Shown here: in pieces, positions 28,118 through 37,213 of the stretch
Layout: each line of letters starts with the position of its first letter
How positions within the stretch are numbered: the first letter of the stretch is position 1
Source: Candidatus Eremiobacteria bacterium
GTDB taxonomy: Bacteria > Vulcanimicrobiota > Vulcanimicrobiia > Vulcanimicrobiales > Vulcanimicrobiaceae
DNA: 64,000 nucleotides
Direction: 5' to 3'
Assembly: GCA_963758295.1 (NCBI GenBank)
Contig: CAVWUU010000001.1
Location: forward strand, 320,001 to 384,000
Program-made: the position numbers and the translations under genes
Notes under the pieces: model-generated
What the model was told of the DNA's origin: nothing
The model's database searches: none
What the model saw: only the letters and a program-made list of their open reading frames with translations

Positions 28118-29533
28118 TTAGTGACCGGACTTATTGTTCGACGTGAGCGCCGTAATAACGTTGGCCACGTTCGGCGATCCGAGGCCGGTCGGCATGTCGT
28201 AGCCCGGCCCGGCGTTTTCGGCTGCCTCACCGAGGAAGCCGTTCGATCCCGACGTGACGTCGTGAAACACGGAGCTGTAGGCGCCGTTACGGGCAGCTTT
28301 GTACAACGTGTCGTTCACGAATCCGAGCGGATGGCCCGCGGCTTGATTCGCAAGAGTGATGATGCCGGCCCATTGCGGTGCACCGGCGCTCGTGCCGCCG
28401 ACAAAGTATAGCCCCGGCTGTTTGGGCGAGTTGAAGCTCTCCGCAACCAGCACCGCGGTGTAAATGCCCGCGTTATAGCTAACGTCGGCGACTTCGCGGG
28501 AATCCGGATGGAAGAAGCTCTGCTGGTATGGAGGGGCCTTGAAGATGACGCTCGGCGCGCCGCCCGTTGCTCCGGCCTGGGGACCGTACGCGCAGCCCAG
28601 CGGACACTGTGCGGGATCGCTGTCGTTCCAAACGGTTTCGCGTTGGTAGGCGCCCGTATCGCTGATGAAGAGCGACGTGCCGCCGACGGATAGCACCGAC
28701 GGGTCCGACGCGGGGAACTGCGCCGTCAGGGTACTGTTGCCGTTCGTTGCGCCGTCGTCGCCGGCGCTAGCAATCATCGTGATGCCCGCGGTTGCAGCCT
28801 GCTGGAAGAGCGCATCGGAGTGTTGCAGGTGCAGGTTGTGCACGCCGCCCGGAATTGCCGGTTCACCCGCTCCGAAGCTCATCGAAACGACGTTGCCCGG
28901 ATGGTTGTTCACGGCATAGGCTTCCACCGCTGCGAGGTCGGAACCGCGATTCGTCGGCGCGATCAGCAGATCGATCGTCGCTTTCGGCGCAATCGCATGC
29001 GCCCACTCGACGTCGAGCGACGTTTCGCCGGCCCACCCGGACATGGTCGCCGGATTGAAGGCGGCGGGCTGGCCCGCCGGATACATGATGTTGAGCGTGG
29101 GATCGGGCAAGCCCATCACGCGATCGAAATAGGCGAGATCTTGCTGAATCGTCGGGCTTCCGTATGCGTCAATGATAACGATCGTCTGGCCCGAGCCGTC
29201 GTAGCCGGCAGGAACGTTGTACGCGCTACGCATTTCGGCCGGCGTATAGCACGTCAGGCCGTAGACCTGGATGCAAACCGAAGGGGGCGGCAGAGCGTTC
29301 GCCGAGACGTTTCCGCTCGCGTTGAACGGCCGGGTCGGCGGATTGGCATTGTATTCGAAGTCCCCGTCGTTGGTCGCCGTCGTATCGGCGGCTTTGAAGC
29401 GCGACCCGGCGGTCGACTTGCCGGCGCTTGCGGTGGTGCCGTCCGTTTGCGGGGTTACGGATCCGCCGCCCGAGCATGCGGCTAATATCGAGGCTGCCAA
29501 TACCGCGGCAGCGGCTTTTGAAGAAATAGGCAT
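28118..29533 (-). CDS. S53 (sedolisin/kumamolisin) family peptidase, lipoprotein
   Basis: Lipobox ILAAC; ETSLDVE (Glu/Asp), SAGDDG (oxyanion Asp), GGTSAGAP (Ser) and GYDMPTGLGSP (Ca site). Confidence 0.9.
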   Translation of the reverse strand: MPISSKAAAAVLAASILAACSGGGSVTPQTDGTTASAGKSTAGSRFKAADTTATNDGDFEYNANPPTRPFNASGNVSANALPPPSVCIQVYGLTCYTPAEMRSAYNVPAGYDGSGQTIVIIDAYGSPTIQQDLAYFDRVMGLPDPTLNIMYPAGQPAAFNPATMSGWAGETSLDVEWAHAIAPKATIDLLIAPTNRGSDLAAVEAYAVNNHPGNVVSMSFGAGEPAIPGGVHNLHLQHSDALFQQAATAGITMIASAGDDGATNGNSTLTAQFPASDPSVLSVGGTSLFISDTGAYQRETVWNDSDPAQCPLGCAYGPQAGATGGAPSVIFKAPPYQQSFFHPDSREVADVSYNAGIYTAVLVAESFNSPKQPGLYFVGGTSAGAPQWAGIITLANQAAGHPLGFVNDTLYKAARNGAYSSVFHDVTSGSNGFLGEAAENAGPGYDMPTGLGSPNVANVITALTSNNKSGH

Positions 29534-29660
29534 TCACGACCCTTTGATGAGAGTGCTGGACAAGATCTCGCGACCGGACATACGTCGGCCGTGGGCGGGC
29601 CTCTTAGGGCTACTTTAGTCTGAAGCCTGCTAATAATCGCGAAAATCTTAACTTTTGCCT

Positions 29661-29705
29661 AACAAAGCAGACGGGCGCCACCTTTCGGCAGCGCCCGTCT
29701 TTTTG
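29661..29705. terminator. Intrinsic terminator downstream of the cytochrome b/c gene
   Basis: AGACGGGCGC...GCGCCCGTCT 10-bp stem with T-rich tails on both strands. Confidence 0.75.
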
Positions 29706-29725
29706 TCCGGAGAGATCGAGAGTTC

Positions 29726-31210
29726 TTAGGGAACGTCGGCGGCTTTGACGGCCGAAGCCTTGTTGTTGCCGATCGAGCCGCGGATGTAACTAACGACGTC
29801 CGCGATGTCCTTTTTCGAGAGGCTGGCTTTCCACGGCGGCATTTGCGCGCCGTAGGTTTGACCCATTACGGCTTGTCCGTGCAGACCGTTTTCGACGACG
29901 TTGATCACGGCTTTCGGATTGCCGGTCACGAACGGATTGTTCGCAAGCGGCGGAGCGACGCTGGGCTGGCCTTGGCCCGTCGCGCCGTGGCAGCTCGAAC
30001 AATTGGTCGCAAAGACGTGCGAGCCGTTGGCGTTCTCGGAAGCGGCACCGCCGCCGCCGGCAACCACCGGGCCCGTGCCGTTGCTTTCGCCGCCCGAATT
30101 CGTCGTCGCGGCGAGAACTTGGCTCTCGCTTTGCGACGGCGGTCCGGCCGCGATCTTCGATTGAATGTTGGCCTGCGCGTAGAACGACAGACCTACAATC
30201 GCGACGAGGATGATGGTCGTGATCAGCAAGATCGCGGCGCGCGATGCGAACGAACGCGTCAAGCTGCGATCGAGCCACGGAAGCAGCAGCACCACGATGA
30301 TGCCGATCGTCGGCACGATGATGGCCGCGAGCAGTTCCGGGAACGGACCATTGCCGAGGAAGAGCGGTACGAGGTTCAGCAAGCCGAACAGCGACAAGAA
30401 ATACCACGCCGGATACGGCACGAACTGCGAGTTCGTGGGATCGGCCTTGGCGTCGAGGAACGGCGGAGCGATGAACGCGAGCGCGATGATGATCAGGAAT
30501 ACGACGAACGACGCGAACGCATCCATGAACATCTGATCCGGCCAGAAACGTCCGGGGCGCAGTTCGCGCGGGTCGCGCGCAACCGGGCCGGCCGGGCCGT
30601 TGTGGCGGAAGATTGCGAGGTGAGCGCCCACGAGCGCAACGAGCGCTGCGGGCATCAGCCACACGTGCAAGCCGAAGAAGCGATTGATGGTGTTGGTGCC
30701 CATCGTTCCGCCGCCCTGCGCGATGTTCTGCAGGAGGCCGCCGCCCGGCGGAAGACCCGCGATGTTTAGCGACACCTGCGATGCGAAGTACGCGTCCATG
30801 TCCCACGGCAACAGGTAGCCGGTGAGACCGAGAACGAGCGTTACGACGAAGAGCAGAATGCCGACGATCCACTGCAGTTCGCGCGGCGATTTATATGCGC
30901 CCCAAACCAGCACTTGAAGCAAATGCAGGAAGACCAGCGCGATCATCGCCGACGCGCCCCAGTAGTGAACCGAGAGCAAGAAGTGCGTGAACGGATTGAG
31001 ATAAATTGCGCGCGTCGATTCCCATGCCGTAGCGGCCGAGGGCGCGTAGAAGAACGTTAGGAAAATACCGGTCGTAATCTGCAGGATCATCGCGAACAAA
31101 GTCGCGCTGCCGAAGACATACCAATAGCTAGCGCCGCCCGGGATATCTTCCGTAAGGAAGTCCTTCGCCATCGAGAGGAACCCAGTGCGTGATTCGATCC
31201 AGTTAAGCAT
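29726..31210 (-). CDS. qcrB: Cytochrome b + subunit IV + C-terminal class I cytochrome c fusion of a Rieske/cytochrome b complex
   Basis: Heme-b His pairs (SVHYWG...FLHLL; GLHVW...GAHL), TGYLLPWD, PAWYF (PEWY equivalent), a G/S-rich linker and CSSCH. Confidence 0.9.
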   Translation of the reverse strand: MLNWIESRTGFLSMAKDFLTEDIPGGASYWYVFGSATLFAMILQITTGIFLTFFYAPSAATAWESTRAIYLNPFTHFLLSVHYWGASAMIALVFLHLLQVLVWGAYKSPRELQWIVGILLFVVTLVLGLTGYLLPWDMDAYFASQVSLNIAGLPPGGGLLQNIAQGGGTMGTNTINRFFGLHVWLMPAALVALVGAHLAIFRHNGPAGPVARDPRELRPGRFWPDQMFMDAFASFVVFLIIIALAFIAPPFLDAKADPTNSQFVPYPAWYFLSLFGLLNLVPLFLGNGPFPELLAAIIVPTIGIIVVLLLPWLDRSLTRSFASRAAILLITTIILVAIVGLSFYAQANIQSKIAAGPPSQSESQVLAATTNSGGESNGTGPVVAGGGGAASENANGSHVFATNCSSCHGATGQGQPSVAPPLANNPFVTGNPKAVINVVENGLHGQAVMGQTYGAQMPPWKASLSKKDIADVVSYIRGSIGNNKASAVKAADVP

Positions 31211-31227
31211 CGTGTTCGGATCCTTCC

Positions 31228-31905
31228 TTACGATTGGTACGAGATGACGACGCGATCCGGCTGGGAGGCTTTGTAGCGGACCCACATGATTTCAGCGGCT
31301 CCGTTCGCTTCGCGCAACGGCAACGGATCGAGACCGCGTGGCGCCGGTCCGGCGAGATGTTCGCCGTCGATATTGAACTGCGATCCATGGCACGGGCACG
31401 CGAACTTGTTGCCGCTGTCGTCCCACAAGAAACGGCATCCGAGATGCGGGCAAATCGGGCTGAAGATAACGAAGTTCATATTGACGACGTTGTAGTCGAC
31501 GTCGGCCTTGCCGTTCACGTAAAGATCGGGGCGCGCTTTTTCGAATGCCGACTGATCGGCGACTTTGATGCCCCAGACGTATTCCTGAGACGTCTGCTCC
31601 GGAAGATACGAATCTTTGGACTTCAAGTTGAACGTAAGCTTAACGGGCTTGTCCGTCGCGGTCTGCAGCTCTTTGAGCTCGTCGGCGGTGAGCGGTGCCC
31701 AGTTTCCCGAGCCGCTGCCGCCCGTCGGCAGCAGTGAACCGACGATCGGGATCACGAGCCCGACGCCAATGATGCCGCTAAGCGTCAGCGTCGCTTTGGC
31801 CATGAACGACCGCCGGCTGATTTCCTCAGCCGTGCCCGGGTCGTCGTAGGCACTAAGAATTTTACGCGAGCCGCCTTCAAACGCGCCCGCAGCTTGTTTG
31901 GACAA
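31228..31905 (-). CDS. qcrA: Rieske 2Fe-2S subunit with Tat signal/anchor
   Basis: SRRSFM twin-arginine motif, CPHLGC, CPCHGS and GPAPRGL. Confidence 0.92.
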   Translation of the reverse strand: MSKQAAGAFEGGSRKILSAYDDPGTAEEISRRSFMAKATLTLSGIIGVGLVIPIVGSLLPTGGSGSGNWAPLTADELKELQTATDKPVKLTFNLKSKDSYLPEQTSQEYVWGIKVADQSAFEKARPDLYVNGKADVDYNVVNMNFVIFSPICPHLGCRFLWDDSGNKFACPCHGSQFNIDGEHLAGPAPRGLDPLPLREANGAAEIMWVRYKASQPDRVVISYQS

Positions 31906-32005
31906 AGTTCACTCTCCGGAAGTCTGATTTGGGACTAGGCCGCTAGCCCTTTTCCCAAGGATTGTAAGGCCGCCCTCTTCATATAGGCGATGACCAAGTT
32001 CGGAA

Positions 32006-32755
32006 CTACACACTCGTTCCGGCCGCCGGAAGCTCGAAAAAGAAGTCTCGCGTCAGATTGCCGCTGCTGCACGCGGCGTGCACCACTTGGTAGGTGGAAC
32101 CTTTTTGGAGCGAATGCGTGGAAACGGTCTCCCAATGCCCGTCATTGTCGCACCCGTTGAGCGCAAGGTAGGCGTGAATCCACTCGTCTTGCGGCGCGGA
32201 AACGACCACGGCGTCCGTGGTGGATGCGCCGCCATGGGGATCGACCGCGGAGGCCGGAGGGTATGCGTCTTGTTTTGTGTGCGGCGCGAGCAGTTGTTCG
32301 AACATGAGACGGTCGCCTAGGAACTCATAAATCAACACGGCGTCGCTGGAGCGGTACCAAAGATCGATCGATCCGTCGTCGGCATTGCGGCTGACGCGTT
32401 GCGGTTGTCCGAGCGCTTTGGTTACATCGTCGGCTCCCATGCCGAACGTAATGCCATATTGGTCGGTAAAAGCGGCCGTTTTCGTATACTTTGCGACGGT
32501 TATCGAGATCGCAATGCCGTTGCTTTCGAGCACGTCGAGAAACCGGTTGCCGTTCTCGAGAAATCGCCAGATGCGCTGGGCATCTTTAGGAATCTCTTGC
32601 GTTGCGACCGGGTCGCCGAAGCGGTCTCGCAATTCGGAAAGCGGTTCGCCGAGTTTGACCGCGTCCAAGACGGGCGCTACGGGTGGAGCGGACGACGGCG
32701 AAACGGCCGGCGACGCTGATGCGGCGAAGGCGAGCAGAACCACGGCGGCAAGCAT
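32006..32755 (-). CDS. Secreted hypothetical protein with two BLIP/SmpA-like repeats
   Basis: Signal peptide MLAAVVLLAFAASA; internal repeats AVKLGEPLSELRDRFGDP and GITFGMGADDVTKALGQP. Confidence 0.6.
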   Translation of the reverse strand: MLAAVVLLAFAASASPAVSPSSAPPVAPVLDAVKLGEPLSELRDRFGDPVATQEIPKDAQRIWRFLENGNRFLDVLESNGIAISITVAKYTKTAAFTDQYGITFGMGADDVTKALGQPQRVSRNADDGSIDLWYRSSDAVLIYEFLGDRLMFEQLLAPHTKQDAYPPASAVDPHGGASTTDAVVVSAPQDEWIHAYLALNGCDNDGHWETVSTHSLQKGSTYQVVHAACSSGNLTRDFFFELPAAGTSV

Positions 32756-32765
32756 GAGGGTGCTT

Positions 32766-33662
32766 TCATGTCGGAAGGTGTGCGAGCTTCTCGGGATTGC
32801 GCACGATATATACCGCACAAATGCGATCGTCCCGCGTTTCGATTGCGAGCGTCTGATCGACGCCCTCGCGATTGTAGGCGACAAAACCGGGCAGCCCGTT
32901 GATTGTGGCGGGAACGATCGCCGTGATCGTATCCCGGTTTTTCGTGACGACACCCGCGAAGAAACGCGCGATGCGATCGCTGCCGTGAAGCGGATTGATC
33001 GCCGCCGGGCGCTTTCCGCCGCCGTCGCTCAAAAGCACCGCATCTTCCGTCAACAGCGCGACCAAGTCCTCAACGTTTGCTCTCCCGAGCGCCTCGGCGA
33101 AACGATCGCGTAGTGCTTGCGCGTCGTGCGGTTTGGCGATACGCCGATGATGCGAGGAGTGAATATGTTCGCGGGCGCGCGACGCCAAACGGCGCACGCT
33201 CTCTTCAGATCGCTCGAGAATGCCGGCGATTTCAGCGAACGGAATATCGAGCGCGTCGTGCAGCAAAAAAGCGGCACGCTCCAGCGGAGACAATCGCTCC
33301 AGCGCGAGCAGAAACGCGAACGACACGTCTTCGGCGAGGGTAACGACGTGTTCTGGGACGGTAGTTTGATCGTCGACCACCGGTTCCGGAAGCCACGGAC
33401 CGATGTAGGTTTCGCGCGATGCGCGAGCAGCGCGAAGCCGGTCGATGGCGATGCGCGTGACGATCGTGCGAAGATACGCTGCTGCGTCGCGCACCTTCTC
33501 CCGTTCGGCTGATTCCCAGCGAATGAAGGCGTCTTGCACGACGTCTTCTGCATCGGTCCACGTGCCTAGCATGTGATAGGCGTGGCGAAGTAACGACGGA
33601 CGAAGCGATTCATACAGGGCCGCGCTGGTCACTTCACCGGGGGTTGCGCGTATTTTATCCAC
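32766..33662 (-). CDS. sigJ: ECF41 (SigJ-family) sigma factor with C-terminal SnoaL-like extension
   Basis: AYHMLG..DAEDVVQD, YIGPWLPEP, LSPLERAAFLL, DGGGK and RNPEKL. The start is GTG 33662 or 33632. Confidence 0.9.
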   Translation of the reverse strand: MDKIRATPGEVTSAALYESLRPSLLRHAYHMLGTWTDAEDVVQDAFIRWESAEREKVRDAAAYLRTIVTRIAIDRLRAARASRETYIGPWLPEPVVDDQTTVPEHVVTLAEDVSFAFLLALERLSPLERAAFLLHDALDIPFAEIAGILERSEESVRRLASRAREHIHSSHHRRIAKPHDAQALRDRFAEALGRANVEDLVALLTEDAVLLSDGGGKRPAAINPLHGSDRIARFFAGVVTKNRDTITAIVPATINGLPGFVAYNREGVDQTLAIETRDDRICAVYIVRNPEKLAHLPT

Positions 33663-33670
33663 GCTACCTC

Positions 33671-33697
33671 GACGGCGCCCGCCCTTAAAACGTGACC
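33671..33697 (-). promoter_or_regulatory. Predicted ECF41-type promoter (GGTCACG-N16-CGTC) directly upstream of sigJ
   Basis: Matches the ECF41 consensus TGTCACA-N16-CGTC at 5/7 and 4/4 with an exact 16-nt spacer. Confidence 0.65.
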
Positions 33698-33720
33698 TCA
33701 CCGCTCTATCTGGAGGTGAG
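33697..33720. terminator. Hairpin after ccsA (CTCACC...GGTGAG), possible terminator or pause
   Basis: 6-bp stem; on the minus strand it is followed by GTCACGTTTT and abuts the ECF41 -35 element. Confidence 0.35.
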
Positions 33721-33745
33721 CCGTTGGACCGCGCGCAGCCCAGCT

Positions 33746-34681
33746 TCACATTTTGTAGCTGTGCAGGCCGCTTATCCAGATGTTCACGCCCAAGTACGTG
33801 AAGATTACAAGGAAAAAGCCGAAGAAGCTCACCCAGTTGGTGCGCAAGCCGCGCCACCCGTTGCGCGTGTGTAAGTGCATGTAAGCGAGGTAAATAATCC
33901 AGGTCGACAAGGCGGCCGTTTCTTTCGGATCCCACTGCCAGTACGCGCCCCAGGCTTCTTTCGCCCACGCAGCGCCGGTGATGATGCCGATCGAAATCAG
34001 CGGCAGCCCGATCGCCACCGCGCGATAGACCACGACGTCGAGCTGCGCGAGTGATGGAAGCGTGGAAAGCCACTGCGCGAGCGGGCTTCCCGACGCGGCG
34101 GCCGCTTCAAGCGACGGCGTGTCGCCTCTTACTCGCATGGTCAAGCCCGTGCCTGCGAACTCGACGTTGGCGGCGGCGCTCGCAATGCGCGCTTCGGCGT
34201 AGTATTTGATGAGATAGATCGATGAAAAAACAAACGCCACTAGAAACGCCGCGTACGACGAAACGACAAGCGGCACGTGAATCTTCGCCCAGTACGATTG
34301 CAGCGACGGGACGGGCGGCATCGTGCCTTCATTCCACGTTACTCCATAGGCGAGGAAAATGGCCGCAATTGCGAGCACGAAGCCGCCCGCGAACCAGAGC
34401 TTATAGCGTACGGCAAAGCCGATGAAAATTGCGACGGACATGGCGGCGAACAAGGATAGGGACCCGTAGAGGTTCAGCAGCGGCCACACGTGCGTCAGTT
34501 CGTAGCGCACGAGCAATTGCGCGAATTGGGCGACGCAGCCCACGATCGCAAGCGGCGCGCCGAGATTACGCAGCCACTCTTCGCGAGAGAAGAAGTACAC
34601 GCCGAGAGCAAGCGCGCCCAGCACGTAACACGCGATCGACACGATCATCAGGAGTTCGTCGGCTTGCAAGTGTCCGTTCAT
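33746..34681 (-). CDS. ccsA: Cytochrome c biogenesis system II protein CcsA/ResC
   Basis: LQSYWAKIHV and the WWD domain WAKEAWGAYWQWDPKET, plus YMHL and GLHSY. Confidence 0.93.
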   Translation of the reverse strand: MNGHLQADELLMIVSIACYVLGALALGVYFFSREEWLRNLGAPLAIVGCVAQFAQLLVRYELTHVWPLLNLYGSLSLFAAMSVAIFIGFAVRYKLWFAGGFVLAIAAIFLAYGVTWNEGTMPPVPSLQSYWAKIHVPLVVSSYAAFLVAFVFSSIYLIKYYAEARIASAAANVEFAGTGLTMRVRGDTPSLEAAAASGSPLAQWLSTLPSLAQLDVVVYRAVAIGLPLISIGIITGAAWAKEAWGAYWQWDPKETAALSTWIIYLAYMHLHTRNGWRGLRTNWVSFFGFFLVIFTYLGVNIWISGLHSYKM

Positions 34682-34683
34682 GC

Positions 34684-36067
34684 TTAGAATGCCTCCGCCG
34701 GAGTGAAATCGGTGCGCGGCCCGGGCGGCTCCATCGAGCGCCGCAGTTCTTCCACCAACTCTTGGAATTGAACCGCAAAAATATCGTAGCCCTTTACGGT
34801 TGTCGCCGCGAGGCCGACGCTGCAGCCCGTTGCCGTTTCTTCGACGCGAACGTACAAGCGCGCGGGCAAGAAGTAAAACGAAACGATCAATCCGGCGAGC
34901 AAGACGAGCGCGCCGATCGCGACGAGCGGAATTCCGGGATCGTACCGATACTGAAATCCGCTATAGAGCACGTATTGCTGCGGAATCACGCGCCAGCCGC
35001 TGCCGAGATCGATCCACGTTCGTAACGGAACGAGCGCGGAGCCGGCGCTGCCGCCTTCTTGCGCGACGCTTAGAACGGCCGCGGGATCGTTCACGCGCGG
35101 GTCCGCCGAGGGCATACCGCTCTGCCGGTCGACCGTTGGAACGAACCGGTCGTAGCTTACGCGTCGTGCGCGTGCCCGGAATGTCGAACGAGTCGCCCTC
35201 TTCGAGTATTCGATCCGACAACGTCGCAACGCGTTTTCCGTTATGCGTCACGAGAAAGCGCATCGCGAAGCCGTAACTCGCCTGGTAATACAGCGTGCCG
35301 TCCACGTCGATCGGGTGATTGACTCGCACCGTCATGTTTTTCGGAATGCCGTCGTTGCCGGTAACGGTTACGTGGGAAACGTAGTCGACCGGCTGGTAAA
35401 CGATGCCGCTCTTCGTCATGATGGGTGAAATGCGGTAATGAAAATCATTCAGGCGTACGACGGCATGCGTTTGCGGAATCTCGGCCGCCTGGCCGGTGAC
35501 GATGGCGGTTTCGCCGGAGAAGCCGCGAGCCCAGTACAGCGTCGTGCCTGCGGCGATGATGACGAATCCGAGATGCGCGATCAGCACGCCGCGGCGAGCC
35601 CAATTGTGCTTGTCCGCGAAAGTCCACTCGGTGCCGTCGAATTCGCGTTTGCGCACGTTCCAGTGACGCGATCGGAAGAACGCATCGACGCGAGCGGCGA
35701 CGTCGCTCTGCGCTCCATGCATGCCGATCGACGCGTTCAGCGGAATTTTATCGATCTTCACCGGACGCAGCGGCGGCAGCCGCGCGGGGATCACACGTTT
35801 GAACGTACAGACGGTGAGCGAAACGAGAATCAGGGCGATGATGCCGATGTACCACGGCGAGTGGTACATGTTGTCGAACCCGAGCCGCACCAGCGCGCGC
35901 GCAATCGGTGCCGGATACGCGGCGAAGTACGAGGCGGCATCCTTGTTTTGGTCGACCACGACGCCGATGAGCGTGAGGACGCCCCAAACCAGAAAGAGAC
36001 AGACCGCGAAAAGAACGTTGCTGAACGTTCGCAGAAAATCTTCGTACGTGCTGCGTGCTTGAACCAT
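34684..36067 (-). CDS. resB: Cytochrome c biogenesis protein ResB/Ccs1, frameshifted near 35165
   Basis: LGFDNMYHSPWY, LTVCT, LIAHLG, VNHP and YQASYG; C-terminal YDPGIPLV...SFYF in ORF 34684..35229. Confidence 0.88.
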
Positions 36068-36079
36068 CGCCCGCTTAGC

Positions 36080-36880
36080 CTAGGCCGAGCGTTCCGTGCG
36101 CCGCCACGACTTCTCAAGCACGACGATGAGCCACAACGACGCTTCGTAAAGGATGTACATCGGCAAAGCAAGCAGCGCCATCGTGAGCGGATTGCCGTCG
36201 GGAGCCGCGATTCCGCCGGCAACGACAAAGCCGAAGAGCGCGTGGCGGCGGTACTTCGAAAGCCACTGTCCGCTGATGATGCCGAGCCGGGCAAGACCCA
36301 CGAGCAAGATCGGCAGCTGAAAGATCAGCGCAAACAAGCCCAGCAGAATCAGCACGAAGTTTAAGGTTTCCGCGACGCCGAATGTAGGCGTCGCGATCTC
36401 GTTGGTGATACCGATCAGGGCGCCCACCACGCGTGGAATCACGATGAAGTGCGCGAAGGCAAGGCCAAGCGCCGCGAGGACAATCGAAGGCAGAATGAAG
36501 GCGTAGACCATGCGGCGCGTCCGCGGGTGAACCGCCGGCACCACGAACATCCACGTCTGATACACCAGCATGGGCAATCCGACGACGATGCCTGCAATGA
36601 CCGAAAACTTGAATTCCGTGAAGATGACATCCGCGGGACCGAACGCGTGCAACTGGATGCCGTGAAAGTAAGCCTGTACCATCCAGCGGATCGCAAACTG
36701 CGATGGCCAAAAGACGAGGAGCGCAATGACGCCTACGGTCCCGATGGCAAATAGAAGACGCGCACGGAGCTCCCGAAGGTGCTCCGTAAACGGCATTTCC
36801 TTTTGATCCCATGCGGCTTCGGCCGATGCTCCGTTCGAATCCGTGGCCGAACCGTAGCGTTCCGGGATCGATTGCGTCAT
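36080..36880 (-). CDS. tatC: Twin-arginine translocase TatC
   Basis: MPFTEHLRELRARL, YQTWMFVVPA, FQLP and PMYILYE. Confidence 0.94.
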   Translation of the reverse strand: MTQSIPERYGSATDSNGASAEAAWDQKEMPFTEHLRELRARLLFAIGTVGVIALLVFWPSQFAIRWMVQAYFHGIQLHAFGPADVIFTEFKFSVIAGIVVGLPMLVYQTWMFVVPAVHPRTRRMVYAFILPSIVLAALGLAFAHFIVIPRVVGALIGITNEIATPTFGVAETLNFVLILLGLFALIFQLPILLVGLARLGIISGQWLSKYRRHALFGFVVAGGIAAPDGNPLTMALLALPMYILYEASLWLIVVLEKSWRRTERSA

Positions 36881-36891
36881 TTCGACGAAGC

Positions 36892-37191
36892 CTATGCGCT
36901 AGGCGTGCCTTCGCCGGGCGTCGGCGGCGGCACCGGCTGGCCGGCGGCGCTGCCCGCTTCGACGTTCGACATCACATCCGACTGCGCGGTGGCGGCTCGG
37001 GTGCGAGCTTCTTCGCGCGCCTTGATTGCGGCTTCATCAGCCTCGATCTGCCCCATGACAAACTCTTTTTTCGCTTGGCCGGCGCTGCGCGCGAGCTTCG
37101 GAAGTTTGTCTGCGCCAAAGAGCAGCGCACCGACGACCAAGATTCCAATGATGATCGGTGCGTCGATGAATGCGAACACGGGGTGAATCAT
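36892..37191 (-). CDS. tatA: Twin-arginine translocase TatA/E
   Basis: TM helix followed by LLFGADKLPKLARSAGQAKKEF. Confidence 0.9.
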   Translation of the reverse strand: MIHPVFAFIDAPIIIGILVVGALLFGADKLPKLARSAGQAKKEFVMGQIEADEAAIKAREEARTRAATAQSDVMSNVEAGSAAGQPVPPPTPGEGTPSA

Positions 37192-37213
37192 TGTTTCTGC
37201 GTTCTCCTTTTAC

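Noticed and set aside
29790..30872. Long alternative-frame and antisense ORFs (29790..30872 -, 29843..30769 +)
   Set aside because: Arg-rich shadow translations overlapping the well-supported cytochrome b/c gene.
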